Numbered from the stretch's first letter, positions 38,641 to 51,383 are shown. The stretch: 64,000 nucleotides of DNA from Mobula hypostoma (GCF_963921235.1 NC_086097.1:237648001-237712000), one strand, 5' to 3'. Notes: a model not told the origin generated them from the sequence alone. Numbers and translations are program-made.

Positions 38641-39273
38641 CTGTGTTATTCCTAAATGGGAAGATTTGATGATTTCCACTGCAGCCTCGTGCAAACTCCC
38701 GTGCCAATTAATACTCAGTTCTGTTATTACTCTTCTACCCGCAATTTCCTTAACGTACTTTCTTTAAATTATCTACAGGATTTTGGTATCTGCTCTTCCA
38801 TTTTTACCATGCTAACAACTTCAATCAATGAGAAATAACATCTTCTAAGTTCCACCGATGCACAGTGGAGAGTATTCTGACTGTTTGCATAACTGCCTTG
38901 TACCGAAACACCAATACCCAAAAATGGAGAAGTGCAGGGTACAGCTCAGTCTATCACAGATGAAGTCCTCCCAATCAGTGAGCACATCTGCGTAGAGGGC
39001 TGCCACAAGACAGCAATATCTATCATCAAAAATCCCCACCATCCAGGCTTTTGATCACACGTCACCAAGTTCAGGAACAATTATTATCCTTCAGCCATCA
39101 GGGTTCTGAACCAGCATAGATTACTTTATTGGCCTCAACTCTGAACTGATTCCACAACCTGTGGACTCCCTGTCAAGAATACACAGCTGATGTTCTCAGT
39201 ATTACTTTTTTTTTGTATGTACTGTATATATGTGTAATTTATTTATTTAGTATTTGCACAGATTGTCTTACTT

Positions 39274-39659
39274 TGGGTGGCGTGGTGGAGATACGTCTCT
39301 ACCAAAGGAGGTGTAGTGTGCTCCTTCCCTCTGATAGCCTGCAGGTCACCCTTGGGCAAGGTGTAGCACCTGCTTAGTCTCCCCATCCCCACCCCCAACC
39401 AGATCAGGATCACATGAAGTCATGGGAGCAGATGGTGGATGGTTATCTGAGCAGCTAGTGCAAATCATAAGCCCTGGTTATGTGACCACTGACGTCAGGC
39501 AGATAATCTCTGAGGAGTATTGATAATGGCTGGGGTCACCCGTCTTGTAAAGACACTGCCCAGAAAAAGGCAATGGCAAACCACCTCTAAAAAAATTTGA
39601 CAAGAACAATCATGGTCACCATAATCACCTATGTCATATGACATGGCACACAATGATGA
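39274..39659 (+). mobile_element. RTE-derived bipartite short element nested in a Rex1 tail (38855-39695); shorter inverted copy at 39783-39918
   Basis: Contains AAGGCAATGGCAAACCAC (RTE/BovB-type 5' motif) and an (ATG)n tail. Confidence 0.6.
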
Positions 39660-40357
39660 ATACAATGTCTTATTTTGCACATTGGTTATTTGTCATTCAA
39701 AGTTTAAAGTAAATTTAAGATCAAAGTATGTATATGTCACCACATATTGCTCTGAGAATCATTTTTATGTGAACATCCACAGTCATCATCATCATTATGT
39801 GCCATGTTGTTTTTGAAGCAGGCGATCATAGTCTCATGGTACAACTTGCCCAAGGGTGACTTGCAGGAAGGAATGCCTTACACATCCTTTGCTGGAGATA
39901 TATCTCAATCTCACCACCTATTCACGGTAGAAAAAATAAACAAAAAATAGAATTAGTGAAAAGCTAGCTTGAAGTGGACAGGCTATGGCAGCAGAAGACC
40001 ACACCAGCTTCCACTCCAGTGTCTAATAAAGTGGCCTCTAAGTGTAGAAGGAATACAACAGGGATAAGAGACAGCAAGGGTCACTGAAATGAATAACATA
40101 CTATTACTGCTCTGGTGGGGACATCAAACCCGACAATCACAACAAGACTTCTCCATCGACATATATTAGAATTCTGACAGCCCTCTCACTGGCCTTGTCT
40201 GTCTCTCTTGTTCTGGTTCATCTACCAGAACACAAACAGGTGAAAACTCATTAAAAATACTGCATTTCATCCCTTCCTGGCGTTATACTTGCTCTGACTA
40301 GTTGCTTCCTGCATTTTGATGATTGTTTCATTAAGGAGCTTTCATATATCTTTTTAT

Positions 40358-40358
40358 A

Positions 40359-40410
<52 letters not shown>

Positions 40411-40433
40411 CACACATACATACATACATACAC
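40358..40433. repeat. Compound microsatellite (TG)n(TA)n(CA/CATA)n
   Basis: Directly visible in the sequence. Confidence 0.95.
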
Positions 40434-41094
40434 AAACAGCAATATCTTTGCATCTTCTGCAATTACAGTATATTCCGCCCCCACCCCATTTGGCAACCTT
40501 AAAATTTCAATGCCACAGTGCAATAGCTTGGAGCAACTTTACTGTTACCATAGCTACGAGATTGGGATGTCACATCTATGCAATTATAGATAATAGCAAA
40601 AATCTACTTCCATTCTCACAATGGCTATGTCTCATTGTAAAAAAAATAACCTCCTTTCAATGATATCTCTCTCAAAACCTCTTTTACAATCATCCCAAAA
40701 TATCTTTAGGTTAAGATTGTATCACTCAAAAGTCAATAATTCTCTCTCCTCAATATGCAACAACTACTTCGATAAAATGAATGGACTTAAATGGTCACAA
40801 GATCTGTAACAATAGCTTACGTTTGCAGTTAAATTAATGTCATAACCCGGCAGGACACTCAAAAAAATGCCAAAAAATGCATCATTATCAAAACTATTGG
40901 TCAAAGAAGGAGGTGTGAAGGATTGTCCTAAATGAGGAATTAGAGATGAGGGAAACAGATTTAGTGAGAGAAGGAACTGTTTGAGCAAGTGTAGACATGG
41001 CCACCAATGCTGATGTGATTAAAATCAAGTTTATTAGGGTTACAGAATTAATATGGCATAGACATAATGTTTCCCACAGGGTCATACAGGATGG

Positions 41095-41449
41095 CTAGAC
41101 ACCCTGCAGGACGAAAAACAAGACCTGTCAAAGGGCGGATGAACCCTCTCGTAAGGTCAACAGCCATCTTGCAAACACGTGCCGTGAAGCGCGGGAAGGG
41201 CATCCCTTGCATCGAAGCTTGGTCTGGCCATTCACTGCAACAGAACTCCCCCCAGCTGTCTTGGACCCCACCATGCCGCTGGATCCGGGAGGGGATGTCA
41301 AGAGGGTGGGTCTGGACTTGTGCAACCCCCTACTCACCTAAGATCCACTCACGCACACGCTGTTCCTTTCTGAGGAGTGGGGTCAATCCCACTAACTGAC
41401 TGAAAGGAACTATCAGCATCCTATGGGATGGATAGCCAGAGAGAGAGAG
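41095..41449 (+). mobile_element. Unclassified short retroposon with (GA)n tail
   Basis: 9-bp TSD acaggatgg at 41086-41094 and 41450-41458; GC-rich body. Confidence 0.6.
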
Positions 41450-41849
41450 ACAGGATGGAAATAGATGCTTAACCCCATTATGTTCATGCTGATCATCATG
41501 ACCTCATTGATAACAAACCGATTTTATTCTTCACAGTCCTATCAATTCTCACTGGAGCCAACAACTCATCCAGGGGCAACTTATAGTGGCCAATTACTCT
41601 ACCAACCTCCGTGTCTTTGGGGTGAGGGAGGAATTCCTGGGGAAACACACTTGGTCATTAGGAGAATGAAGCAAACTCCATGTAGGTAGCACTGAAAGTC
41701 AGGATTGAATCCAAGTCACCAAAGCTATGGCACACAAATCCCTTAACTGTGAGGGAGCAAAGGTGTTAAGGGAACAAATAAACATGGAAGAATTTAAAAA
41801 TAAGGAAGAGAATTTTTTAACTGAGTGTGGCAAAGGTTTGAGGGCCTGA

Positions 41850-42440
41850 AGTTCACAGTTCAAAGTAAATTTATAATCAAACTGCACATATGTCACCATA
41901 TATAACCTGAGGCTCATTACGTCGTGGGCATTCACACTAATTACAAGAAACACAATAGAATCAATGAAAGACCGCACCCAAAAGGGCAGACAAACAACCC
42001 ATGTGCAAAAGACAACAAACTGTGCAAATACAAAAAGAACAACAAAAAAGGAATACATAAATAAATACATAAGGAAGCAAGCAAGCAATGAAAATTGAGA
42101 ACGTGAGAAGATGAAGAGTTTTTTGAAAATAAGTTCATGAAAGTGAATCCTTAGGATATGGGAACAGTTCAGTGAAGGGGCAGGTGAAGTTGAGGGAAGT
42201 TATCCCTCTGGTTCAAGAACCTGATGGTAAAGGAGTAATAAATGTTCCTGAACCTGGTGGTCCTGAGAATCCTGTATCTTTTTCCTGATGGCAGCAGCGA
42301 GAAAAGAACATGACCTGGGTGGTGGGGGAACATGATGATAGATGCTGCTTTTGGACAGCACTACATGTAGATGTGCTCAATGATGACGAGAGCTATTCCT
42401 GTGATGGATTGGGCCATTACATTTTGTAGGCTTTAGTCTT
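41850..42440 (-). mobile_element. Rex1-type 3' fragment
   Basis: Tail gttcaaagtaaatttat (as read on +); ttcctgaacctggtgg...cctgatggcagcagcgagaa. Confidence 0.7.
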
Positions 42441-42455
42441 CAGTATATGTTTTTA

Positions 42456-43448
42456 GACTATAAGACAATAAGATATAGGAACAGAATTAGGCCATTTGGC
42501 CCATCGAGTCTGCTCCACCATTTCATGACTGATCAAATTTTCCTCTCAGCTCCAATCTACTGTTTTCTCCCTCATTCCTTCATACCCTGACCAATTAAGA
42601 TTTGGCCTCCACAGCTGACCATGGCACCAAATGCCACAGATTCACCACTCTCTAGCTAAAGAAATTCCTCCTCATCTCTGTTCAAAAAGGACGACCCCCA
42701 GTTCTGAGGTTGTGTCCTCTGGTCTTAGACCCTCCCACCATTGTAAACATCCTTTGCACATCCACGCTGTAAAGGCCTTTCACCATTTGATAGATTTCAT
42801 TAAGGTCACCCTTCATTCTTCTGAATTCAAGTGTATACAGGCCCTGAGCCATCAAACATTCTTCATCTGGGATGCTATTCAATAATGGAATCATTTTTGT
42901 GATCCTTTTTGAACCTCTCCAGTTGCAGCACATGCTTTTCAAGATAAGGGACCCAAAACTGCTCAAACTACTCCAAGTGAGGCCTCACCAGTGTTTTATG
43001 AAGTTTCAACATTACATCCTTGCTTTCATATTTTAGTCCTCTTGAAATGAACGCTAACATTGCATTTGCCTTCCTCACCAAAGGCTCAATCTGCAAATTA
43101 ACCTTTAGGGAATCCTACACAAGGACTCCCAAGTCCCTTTGCACCTCAGTTTTTAAAAAATATTTTCTCTCCATTTAGAAAATAGTCAACCCTTTCATCT
43201 CTTCTACCAAAGTGCATGACCACACACTTCCCAACATCGTATTCCATTTGCCATTTCTTTGCCCATTCTCCGAATCTGCTTAAGTCCTTCTGTAGCCTCC
43301 CTACTTCCTAAAACTTACCTGCCCCTCCATGTAACTTCATAATGTCTGCAAACTTTGCAACAAAGCCATCAATTCCATCATCTAAATCATTAATATATAA
43401 TGTAAAAAAAATCGGTCTCATCATAGACCCCTGTAGATCCCTGTGGAA
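42456..43448 (-). mobile_element. CR1 (RT end to 3' UTR)
   Basis: Peptide GLYTLEFRRMKGDL...TRGHNLR; CR1 tail. Confidence 0.85.
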
Positions 43449-43451
43449 AAT

Positions 43452-43925
43452 ATAGCAAGGGTGCAGAGGAGATTTACGAAGATGTTGTCTGGATTGGGGA
43501 GAATAGTTTGAGTGAATTTGGCCGTTTATCCTTGGAGCGACGGAGGATCAGAGGTGACCCGATAGAGGTGTATCAAATGATGAGAAGCATTGATTATGTG
43601 GATAGTCAGAGGCTTTTTCCCAGCTCTGAAATGGTTAACACCAGAGGGCACAATTTTAAGGTGCTTGTAAGTAGGTACAGAGGGGATGTCAGGGGTATAT
43701 TTTTTTACACAGAGAGTGGTGAGTGCGTGGAATGAGCTGCTGGCGACGGTGGTGGATGCGGAATCGATAGGGTCTTTTAACAGACTCCTGGATAGGTACA
43801 AAGAGCTTAGAAAAATTGATGGCTATGGGTAACCCTAGGTAATTTCTAAAGTAAGTACATGTTCAGTGCAGCATTGTGGGCTGAAGTGCCTGTATTGTGC
43901 TGTGGGTTTTCTATGTTTCTATGTT
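43452..43925 (+). mobile_element. CR1 3' fragment; related inverted tail at 44062-44226
   Basis: Peptide LERRRIRGDPIEVYQMMR; tail ttctatgtttctatgtt. Confidence 0.85.
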
Positions 43926-44443
43926 TATCCATTCCGGTTCAGGATCCTGATGGTTGTAGGGCAATACCTATTCCTGAACAAGGAAGTGTGGGACCTAAGG
44001 ACAGAAGTACCACCTGCCCAATAGTGAGAAGAGAGCATTGCCTGGTTGGTGGGAGTCTTTAGAACATAGACCATAGAAACCTACAGCACATTACAAGCCC
44101 TTTGGCCCATAATGTTGAGCCAACCCTGTAACCTATTCTAGAAGCTGCCTAGAATTTCCCTAGTTTTTCTAGCCCTCTATTTTTCTAAGCTCCATGTACC
44201 TATCTAGGAGGCTGTTAAAAGACCCTCTGATGATGGACACTGACTTATTGTGGTAATGCTCCTTGTAAATTTACTTAATGTTGGAGTGGACTTTGCCTAT
44301 GATGGACTGGGCTGTATCCACCACTTTCTGTAGCCTTTTCCATTCTGTACAGTTATGACTGTGTTAGAATAATCAAATCAAGAGGTAACAACAGGGTTCA
44401 AACAACAAAAGAGAAATGAACATCTTAGCCTCCCTGATTATAT

Positions 44444-44516
44444 CAGAGGTGCCAACCTGATGGCAACTTGGTTAACGATAGGGGTCCATAGCATAAAAAG
44501 AAGTTGGGAACCCCTG
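44444..44516. mobile_element. hAT (Charlie/Buster-like) micro-MITE, 73 bp
   Basis: TIRs cagaggtgccaac / gttgggaacccctg; exact 8-bp TSD gattatat. Relatives at ~56796-56865 and 62049-62129. Confidence 0.75.
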
Positions 44517-45251
44517 GATTATATACTGTATATATAATCAATTTCCTACACCAAAATGAAATAGCTGATGCATTTATTTAATCACTTAAAAAACCTTCTT
44601 GTGGACATTATGGCTAGTTATACAACAATAAATATTACAATAAAATTGTAATAGGTTTGAAAGATAAATAGTCTTGCTGACACTTGCTGCATTTGCCTTT
44701 CACTGTGTCACTTTGAGACATCTTAAACGAATACAGGTGATAAGTGGAAAGAGATAACGATGAGATATCTCCATGATACATGATAAACAGATTTATTCTA
44801 TGATATGACCAATACATTGAATATCTGGTACATAATGCATGTGAATCATATTGGGCAAGAGTATGAGCTAGTGATACAGGAAATTTTGTTCAAAACTATT
44901 TTCAGCAGAATCTAAACAAATCTCATGCATAATATTAATGCAAATAGTGTCAAAGAGTCACTGAGCACTACAGCACAGAAACAGGCACTTCTGCCCATCT
45001 AGTCCATGACAAATTGACTGGTCCCATCAAACTGCAAGCTGGACTATGGCCCTCCAAGGCTGTTCCACCGATGCACTTATCCAAACTTCTCTTAAATGTT
45101 GAAAATTAAACCCATATCCAACACTTGCCCTGGCAGAAATTTTTTCTGTGTCTCCAATGTTGTCAATACAGTGAGGAGAGGAAGTCTGCCCTTTATTTTC
45201 TAGTTATCATTACTTTTCCATAAAACAAAGGTATGTCAATACTCATGTTTA

Positions 45252-45425
<174 letters not shown>

Positions 45426-45644
45426 TTAGGTGCACCACCTTCAACGTTCAAAGGCAACTAAACATAAATATCTTGAAATTTTGCACACAATGCCATCAGG
45501 AATATCCATGTTGGTTTTTGCTGATCTACAGCTGTTACATTGGCAGAAGAGTAGAAAGATCATTGGATGAAAGGATGAAGGGGCTTTCAAGCAATCTTTT
45601 TAGTTCCTTAAGATTGTTACTGGTTCCTGAAGGTTGTCATAACT

Positions 45645-46072
45645 TGGGGTGATAGTGAGGTTAAGCTCCCAGTACCTATTAAATTCTCCCAATGACGTGG
45701 CAATTCAAATAACCTCTAACAACCTGGCTTTCAGGTGTGGTTTAGATACTAAGCCCAGTGTAATTGTTTCCATTGACAAGAGAAGGGACAAAGCTGCGTT
45801 ACTGGCACCTTAAAAGCAGTCACTTTGGGCAGGTGGAACTTGTCAGCCATGGCTGGCAGCTCATCTGGGAGAAGGAAAACACTGATCTCAAGCCTCTGTT
45901 GCTCTGCGGCTACCAACTAATGGAGAAGGCTTTGGGTGTAAATGCCAAGAGAAAAATCTGGAAATAGATTTCCAAAGGTAGTGCTACATTAAGTTCAAGG
46001 CTGACTGGCTACTCCTGCAATGCTGCTGGAGCCAACTGGTTTGGTCTCTACCATTCCTTTGGGTTCATCAGA
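45645..46072 (+). mobile_element. RTE-derived non-autonomous element
   Basis: Motif gcagctcatctgggagaaggaaaacactgatctcaagcc, similar to RTE 5' regions; homologous to 59095-59668. Confidence 0.6.
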
Positions 46073-46104
46073 AGGGAATCTCCAAACCTGCTACCACAGC
46101 AACG

Positions 46105-46290
46105 CATCACCAATCACCTACCATCTTGTACTTCTTTCTACACTGCCCCCCACCTTCTAGTTCTAACCTCATCTCTTTCCCAGTCATGATGAAGGGTCTT
46201 GGCCCAAAACGTTGATTGTTTACATTTTTCCATAGATGCTGCCTTCCCTGCTAAGTTCCTCCAGCCTATTATTGCAATGTGTATCCAAAT
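46105..46290 (+). mobile_element. PLE pseudo-LTR remnant with decayed hammerhead
   Basis: cagtcatgatgaagggtcttggcccaaaacgttgattg. Confidence 0.65.
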
Positions 46291-46367
46291 GATTGTTTGA
46301 CACAAATAAATGTGCAATTCTAAGAATACATAAGGTAGTACAAAGTACATTTATATCGAAGTATGTA

Positions 46368-46825
46368 GAGTATAGTGCAAAAGTCTTTGGTACATATATA
46401 TATCACTACGCAGTACGGTAGTGATTCTATGAATTGCACCGTACTGCTGCCACAAAAAAAACTCAAATTTCATGACATTTGTGAGTGATGATAAAACTGA
46501 TTCTGATATGGGTCTCCATTGTGGACTGAGAGTGGGAAGAGGGCATGGAGTATGGTATCATGATTGGGGAAAGGAGAAGTAAGAAGAAAGGAAGTGGGAA
46601 GCACCAAAGAGAGATTCTGTAATGATCAATAAACCAATTGTTTGGAATCAAATGGCCTTGCCTGGTGTCTCAGAGCCTTCTCTGCCATTTGTCCAGAATC
46701 CCTCCCACAGTGCTCCACCCTAACCATTCCCAACATCCTTTACTCCTGTCAGATTTACAAACTCGCTCTCCACACCACGTTGACATATACAGTACTATGC
46801 AAAAGTCTTAGGCACCTGAGCTTGA
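46368..46825. mobile_element. Non-autonomous composite Tc1-type element, copy 2
   Basis: TIR-like starts at 46368 and 46790 (cagtactatgcaaaagtcttaggcac); body is the reverse complement of 3078-3559; interrupts a retroposon tail at a TA. Confidence 0.75.
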
Positions 46826-47249
46826 TATATATACAACCTTGAGATTTGTCTTCTTACGGGCAGCCACAAAACAAAAAAAAAACCCAAATAGATCCCATTA
46901 CAGAAGGATAGAGTCCAAATTTATAAACTTTTCAGAAGTCACTAAAAAGTTCTTTAGGATTAATATGATAAAAATGTCGAAGCAAAGCATTTTTGTGATG
47001 CAATTGAAAATCGTCTTTTTGAAGCAAAGAACAATGTCAAAGGTTTCTGGGATTGATTGTGCAGCTAGACAGGTGCTTATGATCATGAAGCATAATTGCC
47101 GATGGCTCATTGACCTGTGTATAATGTTCTCATCACTCATGCAATGCCATTTGAGAGTTTTGTTGGGGAAATCTGTTCACTGTGTTCTGAAATACACTTG
47201 TTATTGGGCACTTTTGGAGGTGTAACAGAACTGCTACCTCTACAGTACA

Positions 47250-48765
47250 ACAAGACCATAAGACTATAAGACAAAGGAGAAGAATTAGGTCATGCAGCTT
47301 TGCAATCCATTGTGGCTGATTTACTATTCCTCTCAACCCCAATCTCCTGCCTTCTCCCTTTAACCTTTGACACCCTAATCAATTTAGAATCTATCAACCA
47401 GAGACATGGTCTCCACAGCCATCTGTGGAAATAAATCCCACAGATTCACCACCCTCTGGTGAAAGAAATTCTTCCCTATCTCTAATTGGACGTCCCTCCA
47501 TTCTGAGGCTGGACCCTTCGGCCCTTCACTCTCCAGTCTACCTCGGCCTTCCAATATTTGATAAATTTCAATGAGATACCCCTCGCCCAATTTATTCTTC
47601 TAAACTCCAGTGAGTCCAGGCCCAGAGCCATCAAATATTCTTCATATGTTAACCCTTTCATTCCTGGGATCATCCTCATGAATCCCCTCTGGATTCCCTC
47701 CAATGCCAGAACATCCTTTCTTAGAGAAGGGGCCCAGCATGGTTCACAATACTCCAAATGCAGTATTACGAATGTCATAAAAAAGCCTCAGCATTATGTC
47801 TTTGCTTTTATATTCTAGTTCTCTCAAAATGAATGCTAATATTGCTGTATGATCTAAAAAGTCTTCCCTGGGTGAGATCTGGACTTATGTACATGGGGAA
47901 CTACCTGCAGATCCCCTTTACTTACCCATCTATTTTTCATCTTATCCCCAATCTCCCGTCTTTTCCCTGTATCCCTACATGCTCTGACCAATCAAGAATC
48001 TATCAATCTCTGCCTTAAATATATCCAATGACTTGGCATCCACAGCTGCATGTGGCAAATAATTCCACAGATTCATCACTCTCTGGCTAATGAAATTCCT
48101 TCTCATCTCCATTCTAAAAGGATGCTTTTCTATTCTGAGGCTGTGTTCTTTGATCTTAGACTCTCCCACTGTAGGAAAGATCCTCTCCACATCCACTCTA
48201 TCAGGGCCTTTCAAATTTCAATAGGTTTCAATGAGGTCTTCTTAATGTTATCATTGTTGGTAACGTCCAGGATTAAATGGCTTGTCATGATGAGTGTTTG
48301 ATGGCTCTGGGCCTGTATTCACGAGAACTCAGAAGAATGAGGGGTGACCTCATTCAAACCTATCGAAGAATAGAGGGGCGTCCTTTTAGAATGGGAATGG
48401 GGAGGAATTTTTTTAGCCAGAGAGTAGTGAATCTATGGAATTCGTTGTCTCAAGCAGCTGTGGAGGCCAAGCGTTAATGTATATTTAAGGCAGAGGTTAG
48501 TCCTGATGAAGGGTCTCGGCCCGAAACGTCAACTGTACCCCTTCCTATAGATACCGCCTGGCCTGCTGCATTCACCAGCAACTTTTATGTGTGGTGCTTA
48601 AGGCAGAGGTTGATAGTTTCTGGATTGATCAGGGCATGAAGAGGTACAGGGAGCAGGCAGGAGATTGGAACTGAGAGAATAATTGGATCAGCCATGATAA
48701 AATGGTGGAACAGACTTGATGGGCCAAATGGCCTAATTCTGCTCCTCCATCTTATGGTCTTATTA
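47250..48765. mobile_element. CR1 cluster: 47250-47840 (-), 47910-48240 (-), 48268-48765 (+)
   Basis: Peptides HLEYCEPCW, RRNFISQRVMNLWN and RNFFSQRVVNLWNS. Confidence 0.85.
48499..48597 (+). mobile_element. ~99-bp PLE-derived insert beginning at the hammerhead motif
   Basis: 14-bp TSD ttaaggcagaggtt at 48485-48498 and 48598-48611, inside a CR1; starts agtc-CTGATGA-A-GGGT-ctcg-GCCC-GAAAC-GTC. Confidence 0.85.
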
Positions 48766-49387
48766 TTCCATACTGAGGTTTTATTTCATTGAAAAATAAG
48801 TGAGCAGCTTTATAAACCTACAGAGAAGCTGTAATGCTCAATTAGAAAGAACAGATCTGCTTTTGTGCAAATCCTTTTTGGATGTAAGGCTCACAAATCA
48901 AACTTCAAGGGTGGCTAATGTTATGATGCAGAGAAATGTATCAATCATTATATGCATGGAAGCCCTGGAAAAGAAACATAAATTCACAATTAAATCATTT
49001 GAATCATTTGCCTTCTTGGTTGAAGGGTTATTGTTTAAGAAGCTGCTCAGGATCTGGCTGCTTAATATAACCCAAAGCACAATTAGTACATTTAACTTGA
49101 TTGGATTTCCAAACTTTCCTGAGGTGTAAATTTGATAATGGATGTGAATATTACAAGAAGCCCAGACACATGCAGTGACTTGTGAGAACATCAGAATTTG
49201 TCTTCTCTGCAGGTAATTCTCAATTTTCCACTGCAGTCGACATCTGGATTGTTTGATGCTTTAGAAAAACTGTTGCATTTTTATTTCCGCAGATTATATG
49301 TTTATGTTGACAATGCCAACTTTTGTCACAAAGAAATTGATGGTTTCTTCTGGAGCAGCCACATCCGTGGTAAATGTAGAAATCTTG

Positions 49388-49962
49388 TATAAACCTTGGG
49401 AAAGGTTTCACTGCTAATGTAATGGTTTTTTGGTAGCAGCAGTGTTTGGGTTATGGCTAGAGGTAACGGGGGCTTTGGAATGTGTGCCGCCCAATGAGGG
49501 GAGTGTTTTTTTCTTGTTGCATGCCTGAGACCGAGGTGATCTGGGCCTTTTGTTCAGCAGAAGATGGAGAGAGAAGATGCCAGAACAGAGAGGTCGTAGA
49601 CACCAGAAAGGAGAGGACTTGAGTGGGGCCAGGAATCGACGAAGCCCAGGGAAATTGATGGAGGACCCATGGAACCGAAACCGTGAGCTCCAACTTCTGC
49701 ACATTAGACTGTTCATTAAAATGGGCCCTTTCCTTTTTGTTTTACTTTCCTAACCCTTTAGTCAAATTAAGAATTATAAAGCTAAATCGATTGATTGCTT
49801 ATGCTGTACTACCTGTTATTTTGTGGTACTGATTTGTAACAGGGTGACACATCACACAGCATCTACACAAACAGGAGGTTTTGCACCTCAATCTCATATG
49901 TTTGGTGGGGTGAGAGATTGTCTTTCCTACACTTACTCAGCCAACAGAGCCTGAGGGTTACA
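49388..49962 (+). mobile_element. Solo LTR, ~575 bp
   Basis: Inverted ends tataaacct / agggttaca; 4-bp TSD cttg. Orientation is assumed. Confidence 0.6.
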
Positions 49963-50044
49963 CTTGGATTTCAGTAAATCCCATTTCCTGCTCTTCCACT
50001 GGGAATGTTTTGCAGTGGCCTCTCTTAATGTCTTGGCTGTCTGA

Positions 50045-50760
50045 CAGAGGTGTAGAAGATGAAGAGAATCATGGATAGAGTGGACAGCTGGCACCTTTTT
50101 CTTTCAGGGTGTTTAGGGCTAATACAAGAAGACATACAGAACTGTGCAAAAGTCTTAGTCACATATATGTAGCTAGAGTGCCTAAGACTTTTGCACAATA
50201 CTGTAGTAATTTTATGTATTGCACTGTACTGCTACCACTGAAAGACAACTTTGGCATATGTGAGAGATGATGAATCTAATTCTGGTCTGGGTCTCTATTG
50301 TGGACTGAGAGTAGGAAGAGGGAAGGGAAATCACAATTCGGAAAGGGGGAAGGGAGAGTGGAGGGAGTAGGAAGCACCAGAGAGGCATTACGTAATGATC
50401 AATAAACCAATTGTTTGGAATCAAATTACACAGTACTGTACTGTTAAGGTGACTGGAAGAAAGTAAAGGGGATGTCAGAGGTAGTTGTTCTTTCACACAG
50501 GGAGTGGAAAGTGCATGAAATGCACTGCTGGGGGGGTGAGTGAGGAGATAATACAAGCAGATATATTAGAGATATTTAATAACCTCTTAGATCGGTACAT
50601 GGGTGATAGAACAATGGAGGGTGATACGGGTTGGAGACACTGCACATAACGAATGGACAAACAATATGTGAGGGAATGGTTCATCTAAGGTAAATCTATT
50701 TTAAAAGGTTGGCACAACTTTGTGGGCTGAAGAGCTTGCACGGTGCAGTGTTATTCTGAG
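50045..50760 (+). mobile_element. CR1 3' fragment hosting composite Tc1 copy 3
   Basis: aatacaagaagacata[insert]tactgttaaggtgactggaagaaagtaaaggggatgtcagagg. Confidence 0.8.
50137..50438. mobile_element. Non-autonomous composite Tc1-type element, copy 3
   Basis: Hairpin at 50137-50203, shared body, ends cacagtactg; TA on both flanks within a CR1. Confidence 0.8.
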
Positions 50761-51383
50761 TTTTATCTCCAGAAATCAGAAATTGACTTTCAACTTTAAT
50801 CACTTGAATCTTTTCTCAAAATTGCAAAGAAGAGTTGCCTGTACTTGATGGGAAGATCCATTGCTGGACTTACAAACATTTAAGTAAATAATGCATAAGT
50901 AACACAGAAAAATCATTTTGAGGCACAAAAATGAGAAAGAAAAGAAAGTAATCCATTCATGGGAAACAAGATTAAAAATTAAAGAAAAAGCTTATATAAT
51001 TGTAAGACATAGCAGTAGGCCTGAAGTTTGGAAGCATTTTAGAAATCAGCAAATGAGAACCAAAATGTACAAGATGGAATATGAGGGTAGACTTAAAAAA
51101 TGATGAAATTACCTTAGAGTTTTAAATAACCAAATGAAAAGGGAAACAATTGAGGACAAATTTTGACTCCTTAATGACAAATACACTTAATGGACATTAC
51201 CTGGCATAATTTACATATTATTATTTAATTATTTATGGTTTTATTACTATTTAATTATTTATGGTGCAACTGTAATGTAAACCAATTTCCCTCGGGATCG
51301 ATAAAGTATGACTATGACTATGAAAAAAGAAAATAGGAGAATATTTAACTGATTATTTTCCTCCATCTTCATCCAATGTGTGT

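Noticed and set aside
48898..49191. ORF containing CVW as a CUB-domain exon
   Set aside because: The surrounding residues do not fit a CUB domain; the real CVW exon is at 45276-45397.
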